DNA from: Octopus sinensis
Taxonomy: Eukaryota
DNA length: 64,000 nucleotides
Direction of reading: 5' to 3'
Assembly (NCBI RefSeq): GCF_006345805.1
Contig: NC_043020.1
Coordinates: 2,666,001-2,730,000, forward strand
The first letter of the stretch is position 1, and each line of letters opens with the position of its first letter. Below, piece after piece: positions 13,935 to 26,070 of this stretch. The notes under the pieces were generated by a model. The model did not search any database. It had not been told where the DNA came from and saw only the letters and a list, made by a program, of their open reading frames with translations. Both the position numbers and the translations under genes were made by a program.

Positions 13935-14902
13935 CCCACAACTTATTATCGAACTGTATGAAAGATTTTCTATTAATTTTCACATTAATTTCCTCCCTGG
14001 AGAGGCCTACCTTATTGTGCGCATGCCATAGGGCCTTATTAAGTACACTAGGGTTGATTGAAGGGTAGAAACTAGATATATCGAATTGTATAAATTTTGT
14101 GTTGTCCTTATCAGTAATAGAAGTAAACCACTCTACGACTTGAGCAGAGTTAGACCATAAGCTAAGTTGTAACTTATTGATTAATATAGGTATATATTTA
14201 TCTAAAATGTACTTACTAAGGGTACCGATGTCGGAACTAGAAGGGCATATGAGCCTTAATGCCGGGTTAGTGTGAAAGTTCTGTTTATGGTCCTTAACGA
14301 TGAATCTTGGTTGTCTGGGGTTCAACGGTTGCGTTTTCATTTGTAATCCATACGTTTCCATGATTTTCTTAATTTCTAAGTTGGCTTGTCTGAGTGTATT
14401 CCTATTTGTTGTCCTGTAATCCTTGTGTATCGCTCTTTTGAGCAGTTCTAAATACTGGTTCTTTGCAAGCTTATATATGTTCCCGGTTTTATCCGATTGG
14501 ACCAGGATAGCGTCTAATCTGTTTATATCTCTGGCGACTTTATCGAGGTATTTGAGGTGTTTATTCCTTAGGGGTGATTTATGAAATTTAATGTCCCTTA
14601 CGATGTCCCACAGATCATCTTCGAATTTCTTCAGTCTGGGATTAGGTGGAGGGGTTCCCTTCGACCTAAATAGTTTTTTATATTCAAAGGAGACGTCGTT
14701 ACTGTTCCGTTTTATGTCCTCATTATCGTGGAAGAAGGCGAGCCATCTGATGCGGATGATAAATGCATTTGGTTTGTTAACAATTTCCTTAAGGAAGGTT
14801 TCTTCTGGTGGTATTGGTATGTCCTTAAGGGATGCGTTAATCTCGAACAACTCCATTTGCGGTATCGGTTATCCATACTAGGATAATTCATTCACCTACT
14901 TA
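13935..14902 (-). mobile_element. Penelope-like element copy B (Naiad-type), 3'-truncated; N-terminus and first half of RT only
   Basis: ORF 13885..14856 has the SDKTGNIY, KDHKQNF, RLICP and FIQFDISSFYPSI motifs and stops before YRDD; short inverted pLTR-like segment at 14871-14902 next to (TA)n. Confidence 0.9.
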
Positions 14903-15122
14903 AATATATATATATATATATATATATTTATTGAAATGGATAAATGAATTATCTTGTTACAGATTATTCAAATTATAACCGATACCTGGGTAGCAAAAAT
15001 CACGGTTGAGGTTACGACCATGGGTTATTGCAACCGTGCCTTAGTGCGGAAAATTGAAGTTTTATATATTTAGTGAGGGAAGAAATGGAGCTGAACGAAG
15101 ATTTTACAAAATTCCTTTTATT

Positions 15123-15208
15123 ATTTTCTACATATGTTTCCAAGGCTGCAAAGTCCCTAATTCAGATTGAATAAGGAGACCATTTTGCAGCTTTCTCTTC
15201 AGGAAAAT
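15123..15208 (-). ncRNA. Type I hammerhead ribozyme in the PLE pLTR
   Basis: ATTTTC-CTGAAGA-[stem II AAAGCTGCAAA...TTTGCAGCCTT]-GAAAC-ATAT-GTA/GAAAAT; stem I ATTTTC/GAAAAT; palindromic ACATATGT mini stem III; predicted cut between 15129 and 15128. The stem II closing pair is a G-G mismatch. Confidence 0.8.
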
Positions 15209-15813
15209 CCAGGAACTTAAATCGCCAACAAATGCGCAGCAAGCTTTTCGACACACGCTCTCTAGGAGCCCATGGTATGAATGGCACAAAACTGTCTCTC
15301 AATATGCGTTGACATCGGGGTGGGTGAAAGCCGACGAAAAAGTCTGTTGAGATAATTCGAGGTCAATATCCGGTTAACATTTGGGGGGGGAAGAATTACA
15401 GAAAACCAAAGAGTGTGAATATATTCTGCATGACTAGTGTTAATATTAGAATTGTTTTAAGAATGAATGCTATCATATTTGGGTGTGAGAAACTACCTAC
15501 ATGTATGTGTGTGTGTGCGCCTATGTATGTGTGGCAGTATGTTTAGGAAGCAGCTAGGGAGAAATATATAGCAGCTATTAATGGTCAAGCAGCTGATAAA
15601 AAACCTGTGTCTGTGTGTTCGTCTGTGACCAGTTTATAGAGAGATGACTTGTCAACAGGGGAGTATAATCCATGATAGTATTTCTAAATAAGTAGCAGTT
15701 CATACGCTAAAAGGGGAGTAATTTCCCCTTACAAATTTAATTCAAAATTTTTTCAAAATTTTTTCAAAATTTTTTTCTTTCTTAGGACATCAAGGTGTTA
15801 ATTATCTTAGACT

Positions 15814-18515
15814 TCAATTGTATGCAAGAAATGTATGCCACCTCCAGTGCGGACATCTAAAAGAATTTTGCAAAATCGAGTTAACTAGTTGCCCTCGGGC
15901 GAACAAAATGTGAAAAAGTTCCGAGTTGCAAAGATTACAGATTCTTTTGCCTCTATCAAACGGTACAGACACCGATAAAATCGACCATTCCAGTCTAAAG
16001 GCTGAATTCGCGTTCTTTAAACGCCAGACTAATTTACTTAGTCCGGTCGCGTGTTGCTTTCCAAAATCGCGAAACGTTGTGAAGTGGTTCGATATTCTAA
16101 CGGCCAATTTTGATGATGACGCTCCGATATACAAGTAGACATCTGATTCAGTATAAACCCTGCATTGGTAAATGGCGTTTCTAATCTTGGAATTACTAGA
16201 TAAGAACCTTATTCTATTGGGATTGGCTTCCGATATTAATACGGCGTTCTTATTACTATGATGATTGTAAGAACTACGGCTGTCTTCGACATTATACACC
16301 CCATTATCAATACTATTTAATGGAATATCACCTGTATACTCTCTGCCACTGAGAACGCTGTGATTGCTAATGTCCGTGATACTACTGTTGTTAAAATCGT
16401 GCTAAAATTGTTATTGGGACTCCCTACATTAATGACTCGGTCAGTGCTCTCATCCCTATTACCATTACTAACGTTAATGCCGCCACCATTGCTCTTATCC
16501 TTATTCCTATTAACTCCATGGCTGGTATGAAGATTGCTAATCTCAGTGCCAGTTCTATTATCATTATTATTATTATTATTACTGCGCGTTATTCTGGCAT
16601 TAGACGGAGCTGCGTCTCCGAACGTGGGTGAGAGGGTCTTATTTAGCAGCTTATTGTTATGGGAGGAAATTATCTGTGAGAGATTTTTAGTATTGGAGAA
16701 GGCTATCCTAACTTTGTGTGAGTTAACAGTGGCGTAATATCTGGAATTTCTGGGAAAATTACTGGCAATGGCTTGGCAAAACTGCAGGGGTAGGTTAGAT
16801 CTTATTTGTTTACCAAAGGGAATTACAAACCAAATATATTTATTCCTGTTTTTGTACTGGGTCGGGGAGTCAACTCTGACATTAAGGTGGGTATTTCTAG
16901 GTTGAATAAAAGGTTTGGGCTTACTATGGCCTCCCCTGGGCCGCAAATTATTTATGTTATCTATATTTATTCTAGATGTGCTTGTCTCGACATTCCTCAG
17001 GCTACCATCACTACTTAAATTATTTATGTTATTGTAGCCGGCCCTATCCTGATGACAGAATGCTGTCATCGGAAGGGCCGGATCTATATATACTACCTTC
17101 TCCCTATAACCGGCTTTAGACAGGGCAGCATTATAAAATTCCGCTTTCTGCCTAAAAATGTCGACATTAGCAGACAAATTAGTTAATCTTTGAGAAATGT
17201 TTTTAACCAAATTGTCTGTTATAGTTTTAGCGTGGTTCGAGAAAACGCTGACATACTTTAAGTTAGTGGAAGGCTTATGGTAGGGGCAGTAAGAATCGCT
17301 ATGGAGGTTTAGTGTGACATCTAAGAAATTAGCCTTAGTAAGTTCGTTATCAAAAACTATACTCATGCCCATCCTATTAAAGAACCTAGCTAATCTATTT
17401 TTAGTTTTCTGTACGATTCTGTTCGGTGTGTTTTGTAGGTAAAACAGACAATCGTCACGATATAGGCCGCCACCGATGTCCGGGAATTGGTCGGATAATT
17501 CATAGAGAATATAGATTCCGACCAAATCGGCAATCTGCGCGCTATCTGAACTACCCATAGGTACATCAAACTCGGGAGTATCCTTACGAACCCACAACTT
17601 ATTTTCAAACTTTATAAATGATTTTCTGGCGACTAGAATTATATCAATTTCTTCTCTAGTGAGGCCTGCCTTATTGTGTGCATGCCACAGGGCCTTATTA
17701 AGTACACTAGGGTTAACTGAGGGGTAGAAACTAGCAATATCGAACTGAATGAACTTAGTTCGGTTTTTATTAGGGATAGAAGAGAACCACTTTACGACCT
17801 GTGAGGAGTTCGCCCAGAGGCTAAGCTTCAGCTTATTGACTAAACTAGGAATATATTTGTCTAAAATGTACTTACTGATGGCGCCGATGTCAGAACTAGA
17901 AGGGCATATGAGCCTTAATGCTGGGTTGGTGTAGAAATTTGGTTTGTGGTCCTTAACAATGAATCTAGGTTGTTTAGGGCTAAGCGGCTGTGTTCTCATT
18001 TGAATTCCGTAATTAACCATTATTTTCTTAATCTCCAAGTTGACTTCTCTCAGCGTGTTCCTATTTGTGGTTCTATAGTTCTTCTGGATCTCCTTTCCGA
18101 GTAATTCTAAGTACTGGTTAATGGGTAACTTGTACGTGTTCCTTGTTTTGTCAGATTGGACCAGAATTCCGTCTGACCTGTTAATATCCTTAGTAATTTT
18201 CTCTAGGTATCTGAGGTGTTCATTCCTCCGGGGTGACTTCCTGAATTTAATCTTCCTTACAATGCCCCATAAGTCATCCTCAAATTTCTTCAGTCTTGGG
18301 TTAGGTGGTGGTGTCTCCATCGACTTAAAAAGCCTCTTATATTCGGATGATGTTGCGGACCGGTTCTATTTTAGATCCTCGTTATCATGAAAGAAAACGA
18401 GCCATCTAATCCGGTTGATGAATGCATTAGTTTTGCAGACAATTTCCTTAAGGAAGGCTTCCTTTGGTGGTATAGGAATGTCCTTAAGGGACGCGTTGAT
18501 CTCGAACAACTCCAT
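15814..18515 (-). pseudogene. PLE polyprotein (RT + GIY-YIG endonuclease), disrupted by one TAG and one frameshift
   Basis: ATG at 18515 (MELFEINASLKDIP); in-frame TAG at 18366-18368; RT motifs FDIASFYPS, PMGS, GLYRDD, NFLDV; frame change near 16400; endonuclease AIYQC...YIG...R...LSKLVWRLK...CNLCNSE...LVN...CPH. Confidence 0.9.
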
Positions 18516-18609
18516 TTGCGGTATCGGTTAAGGTAGCAGTTTCTTGGCGAAGCAGTATATGTTTATTGAAATGGAAATCTTCGTTCAGCTCCATTTCTTC
18601 CCTCACTAA

Positions 18610-18668
<59 letters not shown>

Positions 18669-18714
18669 CACACACACACACACACATATATATACACACA
18701 CACACACACATATA

Positions 18715-18739
<25 letters not shown>

Positions 18740-18748
<9 letters not shown>

Positions 18749-20880
18749 GATATAGATATAGATAGATACTTAGAAAGGTTTTGGCCAGTGTTGGCCCAGG
18801 CCATGTCTAACTTAATAGCACCACCTGGCGAAGTCTTTCAATTCAGGATTTGGGCACCAAGGCCCATTCAAGCAGAGAGTTATTGTTTGAGGAGACATAT
18901 CCGGGTGTGGGTGGTTTGTCCGGGATTGTTTGAAGGAATTTGTCCAAAGACTTCTTGAATTTTGTGTGGTCAGTTTCTGTTTTGGCGTGTCCTGGTGTAA
19001 TGTTGAAGAGAGTGGGTCCAATTGAGGTGAAATAATTGTGCCATATTGTTGTTAAGAGATGCAATTTAGATTTTTGTTGTGAATGGATGGCACGGTGTCC
19101 AAGTCTTGGATGTATTGGTGGAAGGGCTGATGCCTTGGGCGTTAAGCAAAAAAGTTGAGGCGAGAGTGGATGGTTTTAATTGTTTTGGTGTTTTGTTAAT
19201 TTGTTTGCTTTTTAATGGCATGTGCAGTGGGGTGATAGTGGTGGATGGTGGTGGGTGATAGCCAGGATGTTTTTCCAGTTCTTTTGCTAGATTCATTATA
19301 GCTAAAAAAGAGGAAGAGGTTTCCTGTGTAGGGAACTGTAGGTGACTGTGGTTGTGGTTATTTTTATATGAGTCATAGGTTTTTTTGCTTTTATTTTTAT
19401 TTTTATATTTTGTCCGACGAGTCCCTGGGAGATGAGTAAAGGGACAATCCCTGTGCAAACACAATCTGTCTCGCTGGGAATGGCGGTAGATTTGTGGATT
19501 CCTTGTTTGAGATATTGGTGGTTGTGGTGGTGTTGTAATAGAGTATGTATTATGGTGGTGGCTGTTGTAGTTTGTGGGGATAGAGCGTTTTGTCCCAGGT
19601 AAATGGGTGAATTTGCAGTTTCTATCAGTGCATAATCTATAGCGGAGAGAATATCGGCAAAATATGGGGTTTCCAGTGGGTGTGTAGGTGCATGTGTGAG
19701 TTGTAAGAGGTGTGGATGATAGTTTGTTGAGGTTTTGGCGACCTTTGTGACCTGTGGGAGGTAGATTCCTTGAGGTAGCAGTAGTGGTAGTAGTAGTAGT
19801 AAGTAGGCAGAAGAGATGTTGACAGTGATGATGATTAAGGAGGTGGATTCCATGATATAGCGGTAGACAAAGATGTTTTGGAGTTGATAGTGGATGTAGT
19901 ACAAGTAGTAGTAGGCAGAGGAGATGATGTTGACAGTGATGATGATTGAGCTACTGGGGTAGTGAAAGGAAGGGGTGGTACTTCCTGCTGTGAGACCCTG
20001 GTGACTTCGGGGGGGGGGGGGTCAATCGTTTTGTTTAACAAATCAATAATAATAATATTCAGGGACCTTTTCAGCGGGGTGGGTTACTCGACTGGAAGTA
20101 AAAAATTCCAACTGGGCCCCACCTGCAAGGTCATGTGGTGTTTATCTTGATATGAGATCACCATGTCACGCACATATGGTTGTGATGCATGTGCCTAGTG
20201 TACCCTTATCAGACGGGTAGTCATGATGGGTATACTGGGCCATTGTAGATGAATCAAGGAGTGGGTCATACTGTTGTTGCTGCTGAAGTTGTTGTTGTTG
20301 TTGTTGCTGTAGCTGTTGTTGTTGTTGCTGTAGCTGTTGTTGTTGTCGCTGAGGTTGTTGTTGCTGATGCTGTTGAAGTTGTTTCGCCAGTGATGCTGAA
20401 GAGAAAACACATCTCAGTTTATCAAAGTGTTTATCGATTAATTTAAAAGCAACTTCGATTTGTTTTAATTTATTTTGTATCTGCTGTTCAGATCGGCTTT
20501 TCAAAAGGTGAACTAGAATAGATTGTACAGAATGTTTGCTGTAATACTGAGAAATTGTATTTGAATTATGAACTTGCAGTTATTTTATCTTTCTGTTCAT
20601 TTTTTCCTTTTTCCAATTTTTAATGCGTGGGTGATCCTTTAGTTATCAGAAGATGTTGACAAAGTGTATATATAAATAAATACTCTCTCATTGGAGTGTG
20701 TGGTTTTGTTTACTGAGTGGTCGTTTGAAATTTATGAAAATAATTTGTAGTTAAAGAAAAGTCTACTCACGAGTTGGGAAACGCATGGTTTCAAATATAC
20801 AGGAATCTATGTGATGGTGAATTTCGCTTGTAGCTGTGAAGCTTGCTGCTGACCGGTGCGGCAGAGAGGAGTAAAAACCG
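18740..20880 (-). mobile_element. CR1/L2-type LINE with ORF1 remnants and an almost completely deleted ORF2
   Basis: ORF1-like region with poly-Q, an S/T/P-rich tract and two C-x4-C-x3-H-LPGT repeats; APE start FLLNAQGI joined near 19115 to the ORF2 C-terminus HPRLGHRA...GPTLFN...FKKSLDKFLQTIPDKP..PGY...NSL; (TATC)n tail. Confidence 0.7.
20045..20240 (-). mobile_element. About 190-bp retroelement 3'-end fragment inserted in the LINE ORF1
   Basis: Abrupt change of composition inside the ORF1 region; ends in (ATT)n on the minus strand. Confidence 0.45.
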
Positions 20881-21107
20881 GTCCTTATACTTCAACAATC
20901 ATACTTCATATATCTCTCTATATATATATATATATCTCAAGGACTATTTGTAAAACATTAAATATGTATGTGCTGTGGATTTTGAATTATTTTAGATGTC
21001 CTTGATTGTAAAATTCATGAATTCATCTGAAGAAAAGTTTTTTTTTTATAATGAATATAGGTATATAATCAATTAAAAAATTAATTAGAAATGGCTGTAC
21101 ATCAATT

Positions 21108-21665
<558 letters not shown>

Positions 21666-21988
21666 CATCATCCTCGTCATTCTATATATAATGTGAGTGT
21701 ATTAAGTGCCTAGTGGTTAAGATGTTCAACTCAAGATTGTAAGATTGCGTGTTCAAATCCCTGAGTGGTGTTTTGTTCTTGTTGACTAAGACCAACTTGA
21801 TAGGAACTATTATAAGAACACAATGAAGGAACTGGCAATGATCTCACCACACTACTAAGGCATCTGATTATATTTTATCATTGACCCTGGATGGATAATC
21901 TCAAATCTGGATTTGAAAATGCGGTGACTAAACACCACAAGGTATTTTGTCAGGTACCCACCACTGCTTCTGCCATTCCTCATCTTTT

Positions 21989-24900
21989 TTAGCGCTTGTG
22001 ATTTATAATTTCTTCAGTAGCAATCTTAACAATGGTTTGGAAGTCAGAACCGATGTAAGATCGCCAGAACTGACGGACTCTACCCCAAATGTTAGCCGGA
22101 TAGCAAGGACTTCCAATCCCATGGAGTATTCTGGCGACTGAATGACCAGTAAAATTGTGGTCAGATGAATATATTGACAGAAACCTTTTCACGTCGTTTC
22201 TTATTTGACCAACATCATATTTGACGGCTGACAATTCAGACATCGGCTGTTCATCGACAGACAGTTCTGTAACAGAATCCTCTTCGAAATATTCAAAAAT
22301 AAGTTGGTGCAACTTTTTATTCCGTTTCTCATCAACATTATCTAAGCAACCGCATATACTGTTATAAGAGACGGACATCACTGCTCGGTGCAGGCGCTGG
22401 ATCTGGCCTAGCTCTATCTTCTCCTGGGTTTTCACACGGTTGTATAAGTAATCAATTATGTGATCCAGTTCGTTGTCACTTAAATCACCAAAGGACACGA
22501 AATGGAAGGCCAGGTTTGATAGTTCAACAAGTACGCCACTCTTCTTAGCACCTGAATCCTTGTCAAAACTCCACTGCAGTGATTTCAGCTCTCTTTTCAC
22601 AAGGCCCGAATTCCACCCCATGCTGTCACTGAGCTCAATCACGGGAAATTCAACTGAAGAAGCTGTGCAGAATTTTTTCCCTTCAAGTTTCTGTTTGGCA
22701 ATAGCAACAGCCACCGGGGAACATTTCTTTGCAATACCCTGCAGCTGAACAGCTCCTCCATAACAGTTTATTTTACAGCTTGCATATGTTAAAGGTAACA
22801 GTCTCAGAAGTCCAGGGAACGACAGTTCTAAATAACAGAGGAGAGTAGAAATATTCTCCTCCTTCATATCCAACCTCTGAACCAAGGGTTCAATACTGAC
22901 TGCCACCTCATGACCCTTACATATTCTTTTCTCGCAGTTAAAACAAAGGAAAGAATCAAGATTGTTTGAATCTTTCTGGGTGTCTTCGTTGCTTTCATTT
23001 GGTTCACAGAGGTTTTCGGACCATCTGGCATGGATCTGAAGACATCGGCAAGGTTTCAAGATGCTTTGAATGAATTTTTTTACAATGAATCGACTGATTG
23101 AATTTGCATAGATGTGTTTCTTCAACTCACCTAAATCTTGTCCTTCTTTATCAATAAACAGATGGCAATGAGAAACCTTACTATCTCGACCAGCACGACC
23201 GATTTCTTGCACGTAACTTTCAAAGCTCTTTGGCATATTGTAATGAATCACTCCACGGACGTTCGATTTATCGATCCCCATGCCAAATGCTACAGTGGCC
23301 ACGACAATCCACAACCTCCCAGACATGAAAGCTTTTTGAATGCGTTTTCTCTGATATGCTGTCAGTCCAGCATGATAGCTTTCGGCAATGAATTGAGCAG
23401 CATTTTTTGTTGTCTTCTTTGATTTGGAACTATTTGCCGATTCCTTTCTTGAGCTGAAAAATTGCTCTGATTTATCTTTAAAGCTGTTCTTATTAATGTT
23501 GCAATCTTCTCCGTTTGGTCCCTTCGCGTACAATAAATAATGATTGATTCACATTTGGAGAATCTTTCCCCTTCGAGGAGCTCAATGAGAGATTCATCTC
23601 GATAGGTGTCCCTTGACACAGTAAGCACAAGATTCTTCGGTATGGGAGCTCCTCTGATCACAGCATCTTCTATATCATTTATCCAAAGTTGCTGTGCAAT
23701 GTGCTTACTTTGTGCTAATGTTGCAGTTGCAGTAAGTCCGATGAAACACTGGACACCATGTTTCTCTTTGAGAGTTTTGCACACTTGTAAATACGAAGGA
23801 CGGAAATTATGGGACCATTCTGAAAGACAATGAGCTTCGTCAATACAAGCAAAGGATATCGTTACATCTTTGCTGAGCTCTGTTAGAACTGACTTTTGAC
23901 CTCCAATGACTGCTTCTGGGGACAGAAGAAGGAAGTGCACTTTACCGGAATTTACAGAAGAAATAACAAGTTCTCGTTGGCTTTGTGTCATATTAGTATG
24001 CAAGCAGGCCCCATTTATTCCTACAGGTAGGCCCTCCACCTGATCTTCCATCAAAGACACCAAAGGAGAAATTACAATAGCCACATGCTTCGGTCGTTGC
24101 CCATACAAGTAAGCAGGTAACTGGTAGCAAAGCGATTTGCCGCCTCCTGTCGAGAGGATGACAAGGGTCGACAATCCACACAAAGTTCTCATAATTGCCT
24201 GCGACTGTCCATCTTTGAAATCACTAAAACCAAACTTCTGTAAAGCATTATAGACTTCATCAGGTATGTCTGGTAATGTTCCATCGTCATTAGGGACCAA
24301 ATAAGGCTCTGTGCTTTTTCGATAAGCAATGAACTTGTTAAACATTTCATACGGATCTCTTACAACGGATCCCTCAATTTCTAATTCATCTTGTTCCACG
24401 CAGCTGGAAAGAGACTCTCCTTTTGACATGGACACAGCCTGGCTGAGTGTCAGGTAATCTTCTTCAGGAACAGTTGAAGAATATTCTCCATTTGTTTGCT
24501 CATCTTGGATATCCTTATTTCTTCGAGACTTTGCAACATTCTTGCAGTTTTTAGCCCAGTGTCCATTTTCTCCACATCGGAAGCATTTCTCTCCATATGA
24601 CTTTTGTTTCTCCCTCATTTTCCTTTTCCATTCTAACCTCTTGAACTTGGCCCCTTTTGTCCCTTGGCCCTTTTTACTAAACCGTTTCACCTTCATATTC
24701 AAACGAACAAAATTTTCAGATTTGTTGATTTGGCTCACTTTCGGAGCAGCAAAGGTCTTTTTAGTTTGCTTGGTATTGCTAGATTTTACTGGTTCCATGT
24801 TGGAATCATTGGTTCCAGGAGAGCTGGAACATTCAACAGATTCTTGGAGCCTTGGAATTTTTTCTTTACTGATTTCAATACTGGAAAAACGTTCCTTATC

Positions 24901-26016
24901 ACAAACACTGTAAGGTCCAGAGTCTTTAACAGAAGTAGTTTCTCCATTATTACTGCAAGACATAGAGGGATTCAGTACAGTATCCACAGAAATCTTTCTT
25001 CGTTTGACTTTGTTGGATTCAGGAGACATCCGTCTCTTCAGTTCCAATTTAACAGGAATGGTATTTTTATTAGAACCGTAATCTTTGTTATTTCTTTGTG
25101 TATCTTTAGAATTTCTAAGTTCTGGGCCAACATGATCCAACTGAAGATCAATATTTTGCATATCATTCAACTCACATTTGGAATCAGAATTATCTTGAGA
25201 ATTCGGAAAAGCATCAAAAGATGTCTTCACATTATCTTTGAAATCTCTGTTTAAGACAGGATCACTGGGAATTTCCTCATCAGCGTAATCTGCTATAGAT
25301 GCAGACAAAGAGAACTTATGATTTTTGGTTTCATGGAACAATCTCGGAATAACCAAGGAATCAGTTTCATCACTTTTAACATTTCGTTTCCGTGAAGAGA
25401 TATTCAAAACATTTTTAAACAACCCAGAATTATTTAGTTTCGGTGATTTTTCTGGACTGGAATCCTCAACTAATTTAGTACTAGAACTTTCTACTCCTGT
25501 TTCTGAAAAAGAAGCATTTTTTTTGTCAGGGCTGGAACCTAATGATACGTCAATTTCAGAGGTCTTTAAGTCGGATAAATTGCAATTTGCTCTTGACCTT
25601 TTTGAATTCTCGTCTTTCTTTGCAGATTTTTGTTGTAACAAACTCTTGTTGGCAAGTTTTTTCATGGCATCGCATCGTTTAGAATTGATGAACATTTTGG
25701 AACTGAGTTTTTCTAAATAAACGGCTTGCTCCACCTTCAGATCATCCAATGAACTATTTCTGGGTACATCACTGTTATTTGTTGGGGTCCGATTCAACTC
25801 TTTACCCCAAACACTATTTCCATCGTCTTTGACAGAGGAATGGTCTGCACTGCCATTGGCTAACTCTTTCTTTAATTTATAGTACCGAGAGTAAGCATTT
25901 CGGATGTTTTCTGATGATAGACCAATGTCTTCGCTGTTTGGTTTTCTACCATTTTCTTTCAAGAACTTTGCTTCCCAGGTTTTTAAAGCCATCTTTAAAT
26001 TCTTCAGTTTCTCCAT
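21989..26016 (-). CDS. RECQL4: RecQ4-family DNA helicase / Sld2-like replication initiator; single coding exon with one -1 frame change around 23400-23482 (about 1342 aa if joined)
   Basis: Sld2/Drc1-like N-terminus LKTWEAKFLKENGRKP...YSRYYKLK; zinc knuckle CFRCGENGHWAKNC; STGGGKSLCYQLPA; DEAHCLSEWSHNFRPSY; the second ORF continues YHAGL, VVATVAFGMGIDK, YVQEIGRAGRD and the RecQ4 C-terminus ARILHGIGSPCYPA..WG...FWR. ATG at 26016 follows a strong acceptor. Confidence 0.95.
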
Positions 26017-26033
26017 TGCCAAAACTGACAAGT

Positions 26034-26070
26034 CTGAAAAGAAAAAGAAAAAGAAACAAAGAGAAAATAT
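26034..26070 (-). other. 3' splice acceptor of the RECQL4 5'-UTR intron
   Basis: Minus strand TTTTCTCTTTGTTTCTTTTTCTTTTTCTTTTCAG|ACTTG, 17 nt upstream of the ATG. Confidence 0.8.

Larger units (their letters stand above)
14927..18610 (-). mobile_element. Near full-length Penelope-like element copy A (Naiad-type)
   Basis: RT plus GIY-YIG; 3' pLTR with hammerhead; 5' inverted pLTR piece (18576-18610 is the reverse complement of about 15068-15102); TTTATTGAAATGGA repeated at both ends; (TA)n on both flanks. Confidence 0.92.

Noticed and set aside
16385-16410. Programmed frameshift between the PLE RT and endonuclease
   Set aside because: PLEs normally have a single ORF and this copy also carries a premature stop; a 1-nt deletion in a low-complexity linker is sufficient.
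15814-18515. Selenocysteine recoding, reported for some Naiad PLEs
   Set aside because: The internal stop is TAG, not TGA, and aligns with CGG in copy B; no in-frame TGA at a Cys position was seen.
20166-20504. Poly-Q host protein
   Set aside because: Lies inside the degraded LINE ORF1 region and runs into a secondary insertion.
23410-23445. A micro-intron that would restore the RECQL4 frame
   Set aside because: The only GT..AG spans in the linker are about 14-17 nt, too short for a spliceosomal intron.
24542-25720. Plus-strand ORFs of 123-196 aa
   Set aside because: Antisense shadows of the RECQL4 CDS with no recognisable motifs.
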